DNA of 64,000 bases from an uncultured Syntrophomonadaceae bacterium (lineage in GTDB: Bacteria > Bacillota > Dethiobacteria > DTU022): the NCBI GenBank assembly GCA_964441025.1, contig CAYTXG010000006.1, positions 32,829 to 96,828 on the forward strand, read 5' to 3'. Shown one piece after another: positions 39,295 through 48,201 of the stretch. The position numbers were made by a program, and so were the translations under genes. Below the pieces are notes generated by a model. It was not told the origin of the DNA and did not search any database. It saw only the letters and a list, made by a program, of their open reading frames with translations. Numbering within the stretch: position 1 is the stretch's first letter; every line of letters starts with the position of its first letter.

Positions 39295-39911
39295 ACTCAG
39301 TAGAAGAGACAGGCAGGACCGTAGAAGAAGCAGTAGAGAAGGCGCTCTCCACTCTTGGGATAAAAAAGGATAATGCCTCTGTTGAGATTTTATGCGAACC
39401 GGCCCAGGGATTATTCAGCTTTATCAGTACACGGACAGCACGCGTTAAGGTAAAGCCCCGCTTGTCACCGGATATTTATCTGGAAAACTTCTTGAAGGGT
39501 ATTGTTGCGGGGATGGGTTTGGAGGCGGCGATCCGGATCCAGGAGGAGGAGCAGAAAATACGTGCCTCCATCAGCGGAAAAAAAGTTGGGGTTTTAATCG
39601 GGCGGCGGGGGAAAACCTTGAATGAACTGCAGTATCTGGCGAATACGGCGCTGCGGCGTCAATTTGCCAACTTCAGGAAAATGGTAATTGTTGATATCGG
39701 AAACTACCGTGCTAAACGCGAAAGAACCCTGACTCAGCTTGCCAGGAGCATTGGCCGACGCGTTGATGCGGAGCGCTGTGAACAGGTTCTGGAGCCCATG
39801 TCCGCCCAGGAGAGGCGGATCATTCACATGGCGCTGCAGGATTTTGAAGGCATTGTGACCTATAGCAAGGGGGAAGAACCTTATCGCCAGGTGGTCATAG
39901 CGCCGCGTTAG
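39291..39911 (+). CDS. khpB: Jag/KhpB RNA-binding protein (Jag-N, KH, R3H)
   Basis: 206 aa. The R3H motif is SAQERRIIHMALQDFEGIVTYSKGEEPYRQVVI. It has a 4-nt overlap with yidC. Confidence 0.9.
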   Translation: MNSVEETGRTVEEAVEKALSTLGIKKDNASVEILCEPAQGLFSFISTRTARVKVKPRLSPDIYLENFLKGIVAGMGLEAAIRIQEEEQKIRASISGKKVGVLIGRRGKTLNELQYLANTALRRQFANFRKMVIVDIGNYRAKRERTLTQLARSIGRRVDAERCEQVLEPMSAQERRIIHMALQDFEGIVTYSKGEEPYRQVVIAPR

Positions 39912-39973
39912 GGCAGCAGAAGGAACCGCTCCTCCCGGGGGGGGCGGTTTTTACTTTAATAAGGGGGCTTGTC

Positions 39974-41362
39974 TTGAACGACAGCGATACAATTGCCGCC
40001 ATCAGCACACCTCTGGGAGAGGGCGGCATAGGCATCGTCAGAATTAGCGGTAAGGAAGCCTTTTGTGTCGGAGAGAGGGTATTCAGGCCTTACAGAACAC
40101 GCGGACCGGATTATCCAAAATCACATCACCTTTACTACGGACATATTCTTTCCCGGCACAGTGAACCTCTTGACGAGGTGCTGATGACATTTATGAGAGG
40201 GCCGCACACGTACACATGCGAGGATACAGTAGAGATAAACTGCCATAGCGGAATCTTGATGTTGCGCTCGCTGTTAAAGCGGATTTTGGAGGCAGGAGCA
40301 AGGGCGGCCGGGCCTGGAGAGTTTACCAGGCGTGCCCTCTTAAACGGCCGGATTGATCTAAGCCAGGCTGAAAGTGTGATCAGGGTAATCAGGGCCCGCT
40401 CTGATGAAGCTGTAAAAGCAGCTGTTTCCAATTTGGGGGGAGCACTTTCCAAAGAAATAGGGGAAATCAGGGCGCGGATAATGAGCATTCTTGCACAGGT
40501 GGAAGCACAGATGGATTTTCCCGAAGAATTTGACGAAGAATTTGTGTACGATGGGCCAACAAATGAAGAGCTCGCAGGAATAAAGGACCTTCTGGAGGAT
40601 ATGGCTGATGGAGCGGAAAGGGGCCGCGCGCTGCAAGAAGGTCTTAATACGGCAATTATCGGGAAGCCCAACGCCGGGAAATCATCCCTGCTTAATGCGC
40701 TGTTAAGGGAGCAGCGGGCTATTGTTCATGAAATTCCGGGGACAACGCGCGACCTGCTGGAGGGTTATCTGACGGTGTGCGGATATCCCCTCCGCTTAAT
40801 TGATACCGCCGGTATTCACGGCGCCGCTGATCCCGTGGAGAAAGAGGGGATATTAAGGGCTAAAGGCGCTGTTGACGAAGCAAGGCTCCTGATAGTTGTT
40901 CTGGACGGATCCACCTCGTGGGATAAGGATGATGATGCCGTGTTCTCCCTGATCCGGCCAGATCAACTGGTGCTGATTGTCATTAATAAAATGGATTTGG
41001 AACAGCGAATGGGCGCAACGGAAACATCCGACCGCTTGCGGGGTTATCCGGTAGTACAAACATCGGCAACGCTGAATATGGGCATTGAGCAGCTTGAGGA
41101 GAAAATTGGCGGCATGCTTGATCAAAAGATCGGCACCATTGCTGCAGAAAGCCCGGCTTTAACAAGCATCCGGCATGCTATGATTATCCGGGAGAGCCTG
41201 GATCTTGTTGGGGCGGTGATGAAGGCATCAAGGAAAGAGCCTTTAGAACTGTTAAGCATGTATCTGAAGGAGGCATGGCTGAAGCTGGGGGAAATTACCG
41301 GGGAGACCGCCTCCGAAGAGATCCTGGACCGGATCTTCAGCGATTTTTGTATTGGGAAATAA
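39974..41362 (+). CDS. mnmE: tRNA modification GTPase MnmE
   Basis: 462 aa. The N-terminus is TIAAISTPLGEGGIGIVRISG, the G domain is GKPNAGKSSLLNAL...DTAGI..., and the C-terminus is FCIGK. Confidence 0.95.
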   Translation: MNDSDTIAAISTPLGEGGIGIVRISGKEAFCVGERVFRPYRTRGPDYPKSHHLYYGHILSRHSEPLDEVLMTFMRGPHTYTCEDTVEINCHSGILMLRSLLKRILEAGARAAGPGEFTRRALLNGRIDLSQAESVIRVIRARSDEAVKAAVSNLGGALSKEIGEIRARIMSILAQVEAQMDFPEEFDEEFVYDGPTNEELAGIKDLLEDMADGAERGRALQEGLNTAIIGKPNAGKSSLLNALLREQRAIVHEIPGTTRDLLEGYLTVCGYPLRLIDTAGIHGAADPVEKEGILRAKGAVDEARLLIVVLDGSTSWDKDDDAVFSLIRPDQLVLIVINKMDLEQRMGATETSDRLRGYPVVQTSATLNMGIEQLEEKIGGMLDQKIGTIAAESPALTSIRHAMIIRESLDLVGAVMKASRKEPLELLSMYLKEAWLKLGEITGETASEEILDRIFSDFCIGK

Positions 41363-41378
41363 AGATGGAGAGCTGCGG

Positions 41379-42107
41379 ATGTCATCCAGACCGGAATACA
41401 GGGAACTTCTGGACAGGGTGGGGGAAGATCTGGGGTTGAGAATAAATGAGCTCCAGAAAATACAGCTGCTGCATTACATAGATCTTCTTCTGGAAGGCCT
41501 GGATAGGCAGAGGCTGGTAGGCGAAAGGAGCGGCGCTTCCCTCATTGAAAAACACCTTTACGATTCTTTGTACCCGCTGAAGCTTGGCCAGATCAGCCCC
41601 GGGAGCCTGCTGGATCTGGGTACAGGGGCCGGCCTGCCCGGGATACCGTTGAAGATATCCCTTCCCGGGCTTAAGCTCTACCTGCTGGATGCTAAAATGC
41701 GAAGAATTAATTACCTGAGGCGGATATCTGCCGAGCTGGGGCTGAAGGAGGTTTATTATTTGCCCGGGCGGGCGGAGGATTGGGGACGTGATCCCCGCTG
41801 CCGCGAGCGCTTCGACGGCGTGGTCAGCCGGGCGGTGGCCCGGGCTGCGGTGCTGGCAGAGCTGGCGCTGCCCCTGGCAAGGGTCGGGGGTTGTTTGCTC
41901 CTTTACAAAGGAAAACAGGGGGCGGATGAAATTGAGGAAGCAGAAGCTTCAATAAATCTCTGCGGGGGCAGGCAGGAGAGGAGCTGGCGCTACCGCCTTC
42001 CCACCGGGGAAGAGAGGACCCTGTTTTTCATCAGAAAAGTAAGAGCCACTCCCTCGCTTTATCCCAGGAGAAGCGGCATACCATCAAGAAAACCTCTGGG
42101 TACTTGA
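41379..42107 (+). CDS. rsmG: 16S rRNA (guanine527-N7)-methyltransferase RsmG (GidB)
   Basis: The SAM motif is LLDLGTGAGLPGIPLKI and the C-terminus has typical GidB blocks. I chose the ATG at 41379 (GGAGAG upstream). The track ORF begins at 41352, inside mnmE. It directly follows mnmE, with no mnmG between them. Confidence 0.85.
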   Translation: MSSRPEYRELLDRVGEDLGLRINELQKIQLLHYIDLLLEGLDRQRLVGERSGASLIEKHLYDSLYPLKLGQISPGSLLDLGTGAGLPGIPLKISLPGLKLYLLDAKMRRINYLRRISAELGLKEVYYLPGRAEDWGRDPRCRERFDGVVSRAVARAAVLAELALPLARVGGCLLLYKGKQGADEIEEAEASINLCGGRQERSWRYRLPTGEERTLFFIRKVRATPSLYPRRSGIPSRKPLGT

Positions 42108-42190
42108 TGAATTTTATTTGCCCTGATGAAGGAATGCCTGGAGGCTTGTCTAATAGTTTCCATAAGCAAGCATGAGGTGGTGATCATCAG

Positions 42191-43021
42191 ATGAAAGATG
42201 ACAGGATAAGAAAAATACCGCTGTTTGAAGGGGAACTGAATAAGGGAAAGGTCATCCAGGCTCGAATAGATCATCTGCAGCCGAACCCCTACCAGCCAAG
42301 GAAAAGTTTCCCGGAAGAAAAAATAGCTGAATTGACCCAATCCATTAAGACCTATGGTTTGATGCATCCCATTATTGTGCGACCTGCGGGGCGTGCTTAT
42401 CAGATCGTTGCCGGTGAACGCAGGGTCATTGCCTGCAGGAACCTGGGATGGAAAACCATACCTTCAATTGTCAAAGAGCTTTCAGACAGTGCTGTAGCGG
42501 CGATGGCGCTTATCGAGAATCTGCAGAGGGAAAACCTGGGCTACCTTGATGAAGCGGCCGGCTATGCCAGGCTGATCCGCACATTTAACCTGACCCAGGA
42601 AGTGTTGGCACAGCGTCTCGGCAAGAGCCAGTCAACAATTGCAAACAAGATGAGGCTGCTCAAGTTGCCGGAGGAGGTCAAATCTCTTCTGGTTAAGGAG
42701 CAGCTTTCGGAAAGGCATGCACGCGCCCTTTTAAGGCTTGATTCGGAAGAGAAGCAGAAGAAGATGGTTGCGGAGATAATCCGGGGGGATCTGACTGTAA
42801 GCGATACGGAAAAAAGGATTGACGGGCTTTTGGAGAGAAAAGAGAGCCCAAAATCGAGCCTGCAGCGAAAAGGGGCAGTGCGGGACATGCGCATATTCCT
42901 GAACACCCTGCGCCAGGCTGTTAAAATCATTGAAAACTCCGGCCTGAGACCGGAGGTGGAGGAGAAAGTGGAGCGGGATTACATTGAAATGACGATACGT
43001 CTTTTCAAAAGCGGCTCCTAG
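42191..43021 (+). CDS. noc: ParB-family nucleoid occlusion protein
   Basis: 276 aa. The ParB/Srx N-domain is LQPNPYQPRK...IIVRPAGRAYQIVAGERR. The HTH is QEVLAQRLGKSQSTIANKMRLLKLP. Its position before parA-parB is that of Firmicute noc. Confidence 0.85.
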   Translation: MKDDRIRKIPLFEGELNKGKVIQARIDHLQPNPYQPRKSFPEEKIAELTQSIKTYGLMHPIIVRPAGRAYQIVAGERRVIACRNLGWKTIPSIVKELSDSAVAAMALIENLQRENLGYLDEAAGYARLIRTFNLTQEVLAQRLGKSQSTIANKMRLLKLPEEVKSLLVKEQLSERHARALLRLDSEEKQKKMVAEIIRGDLTVSDTEKRIDGLLERKESPKSSLQRKGAVRDMRIFLNTLRQAVKIIENSGLRPEVEEKVERDYIEMTIRLFKSGS

Positions 43022-43055
43022 AGGAAATTTACCGGTGGGAAAGGGAGAGGAGCTA

Positions 43056-43814
43056 ATGGCGCGAGTTATTGCCATCGCCAATCAAAAAGGCGGCGTGGGT
43101 AAAACCACAACAGCGGTAAACCTGAGCGCTGCACTGGCCCGGCTCGGCGAGAAGGTGCTGCTGATCGATATTGATCCCCAGGGCAATGCCACCAGCGGGA
43201 TCGGCCTTTCAAAGAAAGAGATCAAAACCTGTATCTATGATGCACTGATCAATGAGCTTCCCCTGGAGAGAATTATTGTGTCCTCCCGCTGGGAGAATCT
43301 CTTTGTGGCGCCGGCAACAATCCAACTGGCCGGGGCGGAAATAGAATTGGTGCCTACCGTTTCAAGGGAGGTTAAGCTGAGGGATGCGCTGGAGCGGGTT
43401 AAAAAAGACTATTCCATTATCATGATCGACTGTCCCCCCTCCCTGGGCTTGCTCACGTTAAATGCTCTTACATCTGCCGGAGGGGTTTTGATCCCCATCC
43501 AGTGCGAGTACTATGCACTGGAGGGGCTTGGGCAGCTGATGAATACGATTACGCTTGTCCGAAGGCACCTGAACGATAATTTGAAAATTGAGGGTGTTGT
43601 ATTAACCATGTATGACCCGCGAACCAACCTCTCCGAACAGGTCGCAGAGGAGGTGCGGGCATATTTTAAGGAGAAAGTCTACCGGACAGTCATCCCCCGC
43701 AATGTTCGTCTCAGCGAAGCTCCGAGCCACGGCCTGCATATTCTGGAATATGATCCCCGCAGCAGGGGGGCGGAAGTTTATTTGGCTCTGGCCGGGGAGG
43801 TGGGAGGAAAGTGA
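43056..43814 (+). CDS. parA: Chromosome partitioning ATPase ParA/Soj
   Basis: The deviant Walker A is IAIANQKGGVGKTTTAVNL. I chose the ATG at 43056 (GGGAGAGGAG upstream). The track start is 43035. Confidence 0.93.
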   Translation: MARVIAIANQKGGVGKTTTAVNLSAALARLGEKVLLIDIDPQGNATSGIGLSKKEIKTCIYDALINELPLERIIVSSRWENLFVAPATIQLAGAEIELVPTVSREVKLRDALERVKKDYSIIMIDCPPSLGLLTLNALTSAGGVLIPIQCEYYALEGLGQLMNTITLVRRHLNDNLKIEGVVLTMYDPRTNLSEQVAEEVRAYFKEKVYRTVIPRNVRLSEAPSHGLHILEYDPRSRGAEVYLALAGEVGGK

Positions 43815-44674
43815 GCGAAAAGAGAAGGCTGGGGCGGGGGCTGGGAGCGCTGATCAATGAGGCGTTAACGGATACAGGGGATATAAAGGAGATTCCCCTG
43901 AGTCTAATTGAACCAAACCCCTTTCAACCACGGGAAAAATTTGATGCAGAGAAGCTGCAGGAGCTGGCCGACTCCATTCGGGAGCACGGAGTGGTCCAGG
44001 CGGTAGTGGTTTCCCCGGCCGGCGGAGACAGATACTACCTTGTAGCCGGCGAGAGGCGCTGCCGGGCAGCTAGAATGGCCGGGCTAACCCGGATCCCGGC
44101 GCTGGTGCGGGACCTGGATCAAAAGAGGATGGTTGAAATAGCACTGATTGAAAACCTGCAGCGCGAAGATCTTAACCCCATAGAAGAGGCGGTTGCCTAC
44201 CGCAGGCTTATGGATGAGTTTAAAATGACCCAGGAACAGCTGGGACGGCGCCTTGGAAAGAGCCGCCCGGCCATCGCCAATACTGTAAGGCTGCTGTCGC
44301 TGCCCCGGAAAGTGCAAGATGCAATTATCCGGGGCGAGCTGAGCGCGGGACAGGCCCGGCCATTGCTGGCACTGACTGAGGCTGCACGCCAGGAAGAGCT
44401 GGCCAGGCAGATAGCTGCTCGCAAGATGAGCGCCCGAGAGGCGGAGCGCCTGGCTGCAAAGGAGGCGGGGGGCACAGGCAGGGAGAGGCTTCAAAAGGAC
44501 CGGGCAGCGGAGGACCCTCTCATAAAAGAGCTACAGGGCAGCCTGCAGCGCCGGTTCGGAACCAGGGTGAGGATGTACCGCAGGGGCGGCGGCGGTGCCA
44601 TCGAGATATCTTTTTATGGAGACGATGATCTCGACAGACTCCTGGGGCTGCTGCTGCCTGAAGGCATAAAATAG
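43811..44674 (+). CDS. parB: Chromosome partitioning protein ParB/Spo0J
   Basis: 287 aa. LIEPNPFQPRE...VVVSPAGGDRYYLVAGERRCRAA, and the HTH QEQLGRRLGKSRPAIANTVRLLSLP. Confidence 0.93.
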   Translation: MSEKRRLGRGLGALINEALTDTGDIKEIPLSLIEPNPFQPREKFDAEKLQELADSIREHGVVQAVVVSPAGGDRYYLVAGERRCRAARMAGLTRIPALVRDLDQKRMVEIALIENLQREDLNPIEEAVAYRRLMDEFKMTQEQLGRRLGKSRPAIANTVRLLSLPRKVQDAIIRGELSAGQARPLLALTEAARQEELARQIAARKMSAREAERLAAKEAGGTGRERLQKDRAAEDPLIKELQGSLQRRFGTRVRMYRRGGGGAIEISFYGDDDLDRLLGLLLPEGIK

Positions 44675-44677
44675 TAA

Positions 44678-44693
44678 GGTTTCACGTGAAACA
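44678..44693. promoter_or_regulatory. parS centromere site
   Basis: gGTTTCACGTGAAACA matches 15 of 16 positions of the Firmicute parS consensus TGTTNCACGTGAAACA. It is 4 nt after the parB stop. Confidence 0.8.
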
Positions 44694-44722
44694 ACAGGTC
44701 TTCGGAAGTGAAATAGAAAGCG

Positions 44723-44738
44723 CGGTTTCACATGAAAC
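44723..44738. promoter_or_regulatory. Degenerate second parS-like site
   Basis: GGTTTCACATGAAACT has a palindromic core with 2 to 3 mismatches to the consensus, 45 bp from the first site. Confidence 0.5.
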
Positions 44739-44804
44739 TTTTTTATAAAAAAGGAGAATTGCATTTTAAGGCGAAATTAACATTGTTAACGTTTCTTAAT
44801 AGAT

Positions 44805-45350
44805 TTGATCAAGACGGTGTTAACGGAGGTGCAGGTTTTGGAGTTCATCGATGCGTGGATTTCCGCCAACGCCCAATATGTTCTACTTGCAATTGCGGCG
44901 GCGGCGTTAGTTTCGCTTATTCTTTCAACAGCGGCTTTGCTGCGGGGCGAAGCCCTGAGAAAACGCTACTGCAGGATGATGATGGGGCAGGAGGAATTAT
45001 GCCTGGAGGATTTACTCAACCATCACGGCTCCTTGATCGAGAATGCGATTCACCAGCAGGAGCTGGCCGGCGCCCGGCTGGCGGGGATTGAAGAAAAGCT
45101 TCAGCTGGCGGTGGCCGGTGTCGGGCTCGTTCGCTATAATGCCTTCAGGGAAACAGGAAGCGATCTCAGCTTCTCCCTGGCCTTACTGGATCGCAACCTG
45201 GACGGTGTGGTTTTGACCAGTCTTTTTGGAAGAGAAGAGAGCAGGTGCTACGGCAAGCCAGTCAAAGCAGGCCAGTCGGCGCATCTTCTCAGCGAGGAAG
45301 AAACCCAGGCTCTGAACGAAGCCAGACAGCAGCTGGGAGCGGGGCTTTGA
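44805..45350 (+). CDS. DUF4446-like membrane-anchored protein (conserved downstream of parB in Firmicutes)
   Basis: It has an N-terminal TM segment (YVLLAIAAAALVSLILSTAALL) and a coiled-coil/soluble domain (IEEKLQLAVAGVGLVRYNAFRETGSDLSFSLALLDRNLDGVVLTSLFGREESRCYGKPV). The start is probably TTG. Its downstream position from spo0J is conserved. Confidence 0.6.
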   Translation: MIKTVLTEVQVLEFIDAWISANAQYVLLAIAAAALVSLILSTAALLRGEALRKRYCRMMMGQEELCLEDLLNHHGSLIENAIHQQELAGARLAGIEEKLQLAVAGVGLVRYNAFRETGSDLSFSLALLDRNLDGVVLTSLFGREESRCYGKPVKAGQSAHLLSEEETQALNEARQQLGAGL

Positions 45351-45376
45351 TCAGATTTTTGAAGGGTGAAAACAAG

Positions 45377-46285
45377 GTGCAGAAAAAAAACCGCTGCTTT
45401 ACTATAATGATCGTGCCTCACTCGGAAGAGGCCACCTACAGCTTTCGTCTGCCCCTTTTTATCGGCCAGCTGATCGTAGTCCTCTTTGTGATGGGGTTGG
45501 CTGCGTTTTTCTTCCTGGCCAATGCATACCATAATGCCCGCCTGGATGCCGAGGAGATGCGTATCCTGCGCCAGGCAAACCAGGTTCAGCAGGATGAAAT
45601 CAATGCCTTTGCCAGTATAACGCAGCAGTTGCTGGAACGGATGCAGCAGATCGAGGAGCTGGCTGAGGATGTGGCCGGCAAAATGGGCATAAGTACAGGG
45701 CGTGATGAAGAGGATGATGGGCAGGAAGGAGAGGCTGCACCTGCGGAGACGCGCTTGCTGGCTACGCGTTCAGACCAGGACCGGGTGCTCGACAGGGCGG
45801 CAGAAAACCTATCCCTGCTGCAAAGCCTGATTCCGGAAAACACAGATACCCTGGAAAGCCTGAAGGGAGAGGTGGATGAATATATTCGTCGCCTGGCGGC
45901 AACACCTTCGATCTGGCCGGCCCGGGGAAGATTCACATCGGGATTTGGTATGCGCCGCTCCCCTTTTGGAGGAAGCAGCCAGTTTCACTATGGCGTTGAT
46001 ATTGCCGCTTCACACGGCACTCCTATCTATGCCACCGCAAACGGGCAGGTCTCCCAGGCCGGCTACCGTGGGGGGTACGGGAACCTGATCATCCTTGCGC
46101 ACGGCTACGGCTTTCACACATATTATGCTCATCTTTCCAGTTCCGCCGTCTCATCGGGGCAGTGGGTCAAGCGGGGCCAGGTGATCGGATATATGGGCCG
46201 GACGGGACATGCCACAGGGACCCACCTTCATTACGAGGTTCACGTCGGCGGTGTTGCTGTAAACCCCTTACGATATATGAATTAA
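45377..46285 (+). CDS. M23 family metallopeptidase (LytM-like), membrane-anchored
   Basis: It has a TM segment (LFIGQLIVVLFVMGLAAFFFL), a coiled coil and the M23 catalytic motifs (HYGVDIAASHGTPIYATANGQV...GYGNLIILAHGYGFHTYYAHL...GRTGHATGTHLHYEVH). The track ORF begins at 45245. The true start is about 45377 to 45410. Confidence 0.82.
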   Translation: MQKKNRCFTIMIVPHSEEATYSFRLPLFIGQLIVVLFVMGLAAFFFLANAYHNARLDAEEMRILRQANQVQQDEINAFASITQQLLERMQQIEELAEDVAGKMGISTGRDEEDDGQEGEAAPAETRLLATRSDQDRVLDRAAENLSLLQSLIPENTDTLESLKGEVDEYIRRLAATPSIWPARGRFTSGFGMRRSPFGGSSQFHYGVDIAASHGTPIYATANGQVSQAGYRGGYGNLIILAHGYGFHTYYAHLSSSAVSSGQWVKRGQVIGYMGRTGHATGTHLHYEVHVGGVAVNPLRYMN

Positions 46286-46310
46286 TATTATGCATGGAGG
46301 TGGACGAAAG

Positions 46311-46724
46311 ATGTTTAAGAAACCCCCCCTGGAAACTCCGCCGGATAAGGTGAACACAGTTATCGGCAAAGAAACATGTTTCAAGGGGACCATCAAGGCA
46401 AAAGGGCTGATCAGGATAGACGGCGAAATGGAGGGCGTTATCGAAACGCAGGGAGATGTGGTGATCGGTGAGAGCGGAAAGGTTAACCTGGAGCTGAAAG
46501 CGCGCCATGTAGCCATTGCCGGCCGATTTGAAGGCAATCTGGAAGCGGAGGGAAAGCTGGAGATTAAAAGCAGCGGTGTGATAATCGGCAGTGTCAAGAC
46601 GAATGGACTGCTTGTTGATGATGGAGCGGTCTTCTCCGGCAGCATGGAGATGAGGCAGAAGGATCAGCAGGTCAAGCCCCTGTTAAGAAAAGCTGCGCCG
46701 GAAAGCCCCACCGCGAAAGTTTAG
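46311..46724 (+). CDS. Bactofilin (DUF583 polymer-forming cytoskeletal protein)
   Basis: MFKKPP...NTVIGKETCFKGTIKAKGLIRIDGEMEGVIETQGDVVIGESGKVNLELKARHVAIAGRFEGNLEAEGKLEIKSSGVIIGSVKTNGLLVDDGAVFSGS shows the beta-helical bactofilin repeat pattern. Confidence 0.85.
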   Translation: MFKKPPLETPPDKVNTVIGKETCFKGTIKAKGLIRIDGEMEGVIETQGDVVIGESGKVNLELKARHVAIAGRFEGNLEAEGKLEIKSSGVIIGSVKTNGLLVDDGAVFSGSMEMRQKDQQVKPLLRKAAPESPTAKV

Positions 46725-46768
46725 ACTAAAATTCTGAAATACCCCCAACATGGAGGGGCTATTATTTT

Positions 46769-47362
46769 TCAGGTTTGTTCAAGGGCGTGCTGCAGGCTTC
46801 GGGCCATGACCACGGCAATCTCCAGCACATGGAAAAGCCGGGTGCTCTGAAGAACCATCTGCTCCATAAAGCCGCCCAGATTGACAATGCCGCTCAGATA
46901 GATGTGGCCGACGGGCGGCAGTTTTTTGTTTACACCGGCCCCAGGAATAAGAGGGCCCTTGCCCACTTCGATCAATCCCACGCTGCCGGGTTTGCCCAGT
47001 GAAGCATCTACGGCGATGACCAGGGGCCGCGATGCATCGCCATCTATTTTTTGCGCGTACTGCTCCAGGTTGAGCGCGTGGACGGGGTCGGCCAGTGTTC
47101 CCCAGATTTCGGTCCGGGGCAGCAGCAGCTGCTTCAGATATGCGCCGACTAAAGGTCCCAGCGAATCCCCGGTGGAGCGGTCCGAGCCGATGCACACAAT
47201 CAGGCGCTCCCTTTTTCGGAAAGGTTCCCTCAGGCCCGCCATCATGATAATGAGTGCGCCGGCGATTTTCTCTACTGCCCTTAAATCTTTGCAGTTCACC
47301 CTTAACATGGTGTTTATTTTACTATTCCCCAAAGGGGGAAGTGTTGCCAAACGATCGGCCAT
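46769..47362 (-). CDS. yyaC: Spore protease YyaC (GPR/HybD-like endopeptidase fold)
   Basis: 197 aa. LIVCIGSDRSTGDSLGPLVGAYL...VIAVDASLG...GKGPLIPGAGVNKKLPPVGHIYLSGIV. Its origin-proximal position is as in Bacillus yyaC. Confidence 0.8.
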   Translation of the reverse strand: MADRLATLPPLGNSKINTMLRVNCKDLRAVEKIAGALIIMMAGLREPFRKRERLIVCIGSDRSTGDSLGPLVGAYLKQLLLPRTEIWGTLADPVHALNLEQYAQKIDGDASRPLVIAVDASLGKPGSVGLIEVGKGPLIPGAGVNKKLPPVGHIYLSGIVNLGGFMEQMVLQSTRLFHVLEIAVVMARSLQHALEQT

Positions 47363-47464
47363 GCAGCCCTTCCCTCCAGCTTCATGATACCTTAGTTATA
47401 TTAAAATACCTTTTTAAATATGTATGAGAGAGACCGGGATGCTGGAAGAAAGATGTGTTAAGCC

Positions 47465-48103
47465 ATGATTTGGTTGGATCTGGCGCTGGGCTCCCTGCTG
47501 ATCTGGGGAGCCATCAGCGGGTACCATAGCGGCTGGAAAGCAGCGGCCTGCAGATGGGGGGGGCTCCTCTGCGCTGTGCTGGCGGCGCTCCCGGCAGCGG
47601 TGGGGTTAAAACTGTTGTGGACACGGTATTTGCCGGTGGAAGATGCGATCAGGGCGGCTGTTGATCTCCGCCTGGCGCTGCCGGTGAGCGCCGGAGTGGG
47701 CGGAGGTGTTCCCTGGGGTTTGCCCTGTTTTTTGTGGGAGGCGCTGCATGGCGGCTTTTCCCATGCCGCTGCGGCCGGCGGGGGGCTCCCGGCCGATTTG
47801 CTGGCTCAGGCGCTCGGCTGCACCGCCGCCTTTCTCTCCGGATTTATTCTCTGGTGGGGGTTTTTTACTCTTCTTGGCGACACACCTGTAGGGGAAGGAG
47901 AGAGAAAACCAAAACAATCCTCCTGCTGGGGAGGAGCCCTGATCGGCCTGGCCAGACAATGCTGCTCCGCCGCCCTGTTTACGGGGCTGGCCGCCCCGCT
48001 GGCCTGGCTCTGCGGGGTCCCCCCCCATCTGCTGCAGCTAGAAAAAACTCTGCTGGCCCGTTGGGCCTGGCAGCTCTTTGGCTGCCTGGGAATCTGGCAT
48101 TAG
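47465..48103 (+). CDS. CvpA-like integral membrane protein (hypothetical)
   Basis: It has 4 hydrophobic helices and the N-terminus MIWLDLALGSLLIWGAISGYHSGW resembles the CvpA N-terminus. The composition is Gly/Ala/Trp-rich, so the coding status is moderately supported. Confidence 0.5.
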   Translation: MIWLDLALGSLLIWGAISGYHSGWKAAACRWGGLLCAVLAALPAAVGLKLLWTRYLPVEDAIRAAVDLRLALPVSAGVGGGVPWGLPCFLWEALHGGFSHAAAAGGGLPADLLAQALGCTAAFLSGFILWWGFFTLLGDTPVGEGERKPKQSSCWGGALIGLARQCCSAALFTGLAAPLAWLCGVPPHLLQLEKTLLARWAWQLFGCLGIWH

Positions 48104-48201
48104 CGCTCTTTTCTATTCCCGGGCAGGAATTAAAGGAAAAAAGAAGAACACTATAACCCTATAATCATATCTTTGGTGTGTTCTAAAAGCGAGGGAGAGA
48201 A

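Noticed and set aside
42290-42310. Possible Noc-binding site (TTTCCCGGAAGAAA) inside noc
   Set aside because: It is only a half-site match to the 14-bp NBS palindrome ATTTCCCGGGAAAT, indistinguishable from chance in GC-rich coding DNA.
47734-48156. 140-aa alternative-frame ORF overlapping the CvpA-like gene, and 47606-48028 on the minus strand
   Set aside because: They are Gly/Arg/Ala-rich with no hydrophobic periodicity. The 47465-48103 frame encodes plausible TM helices and is the more likely gene, though it is itself only moderately supported.
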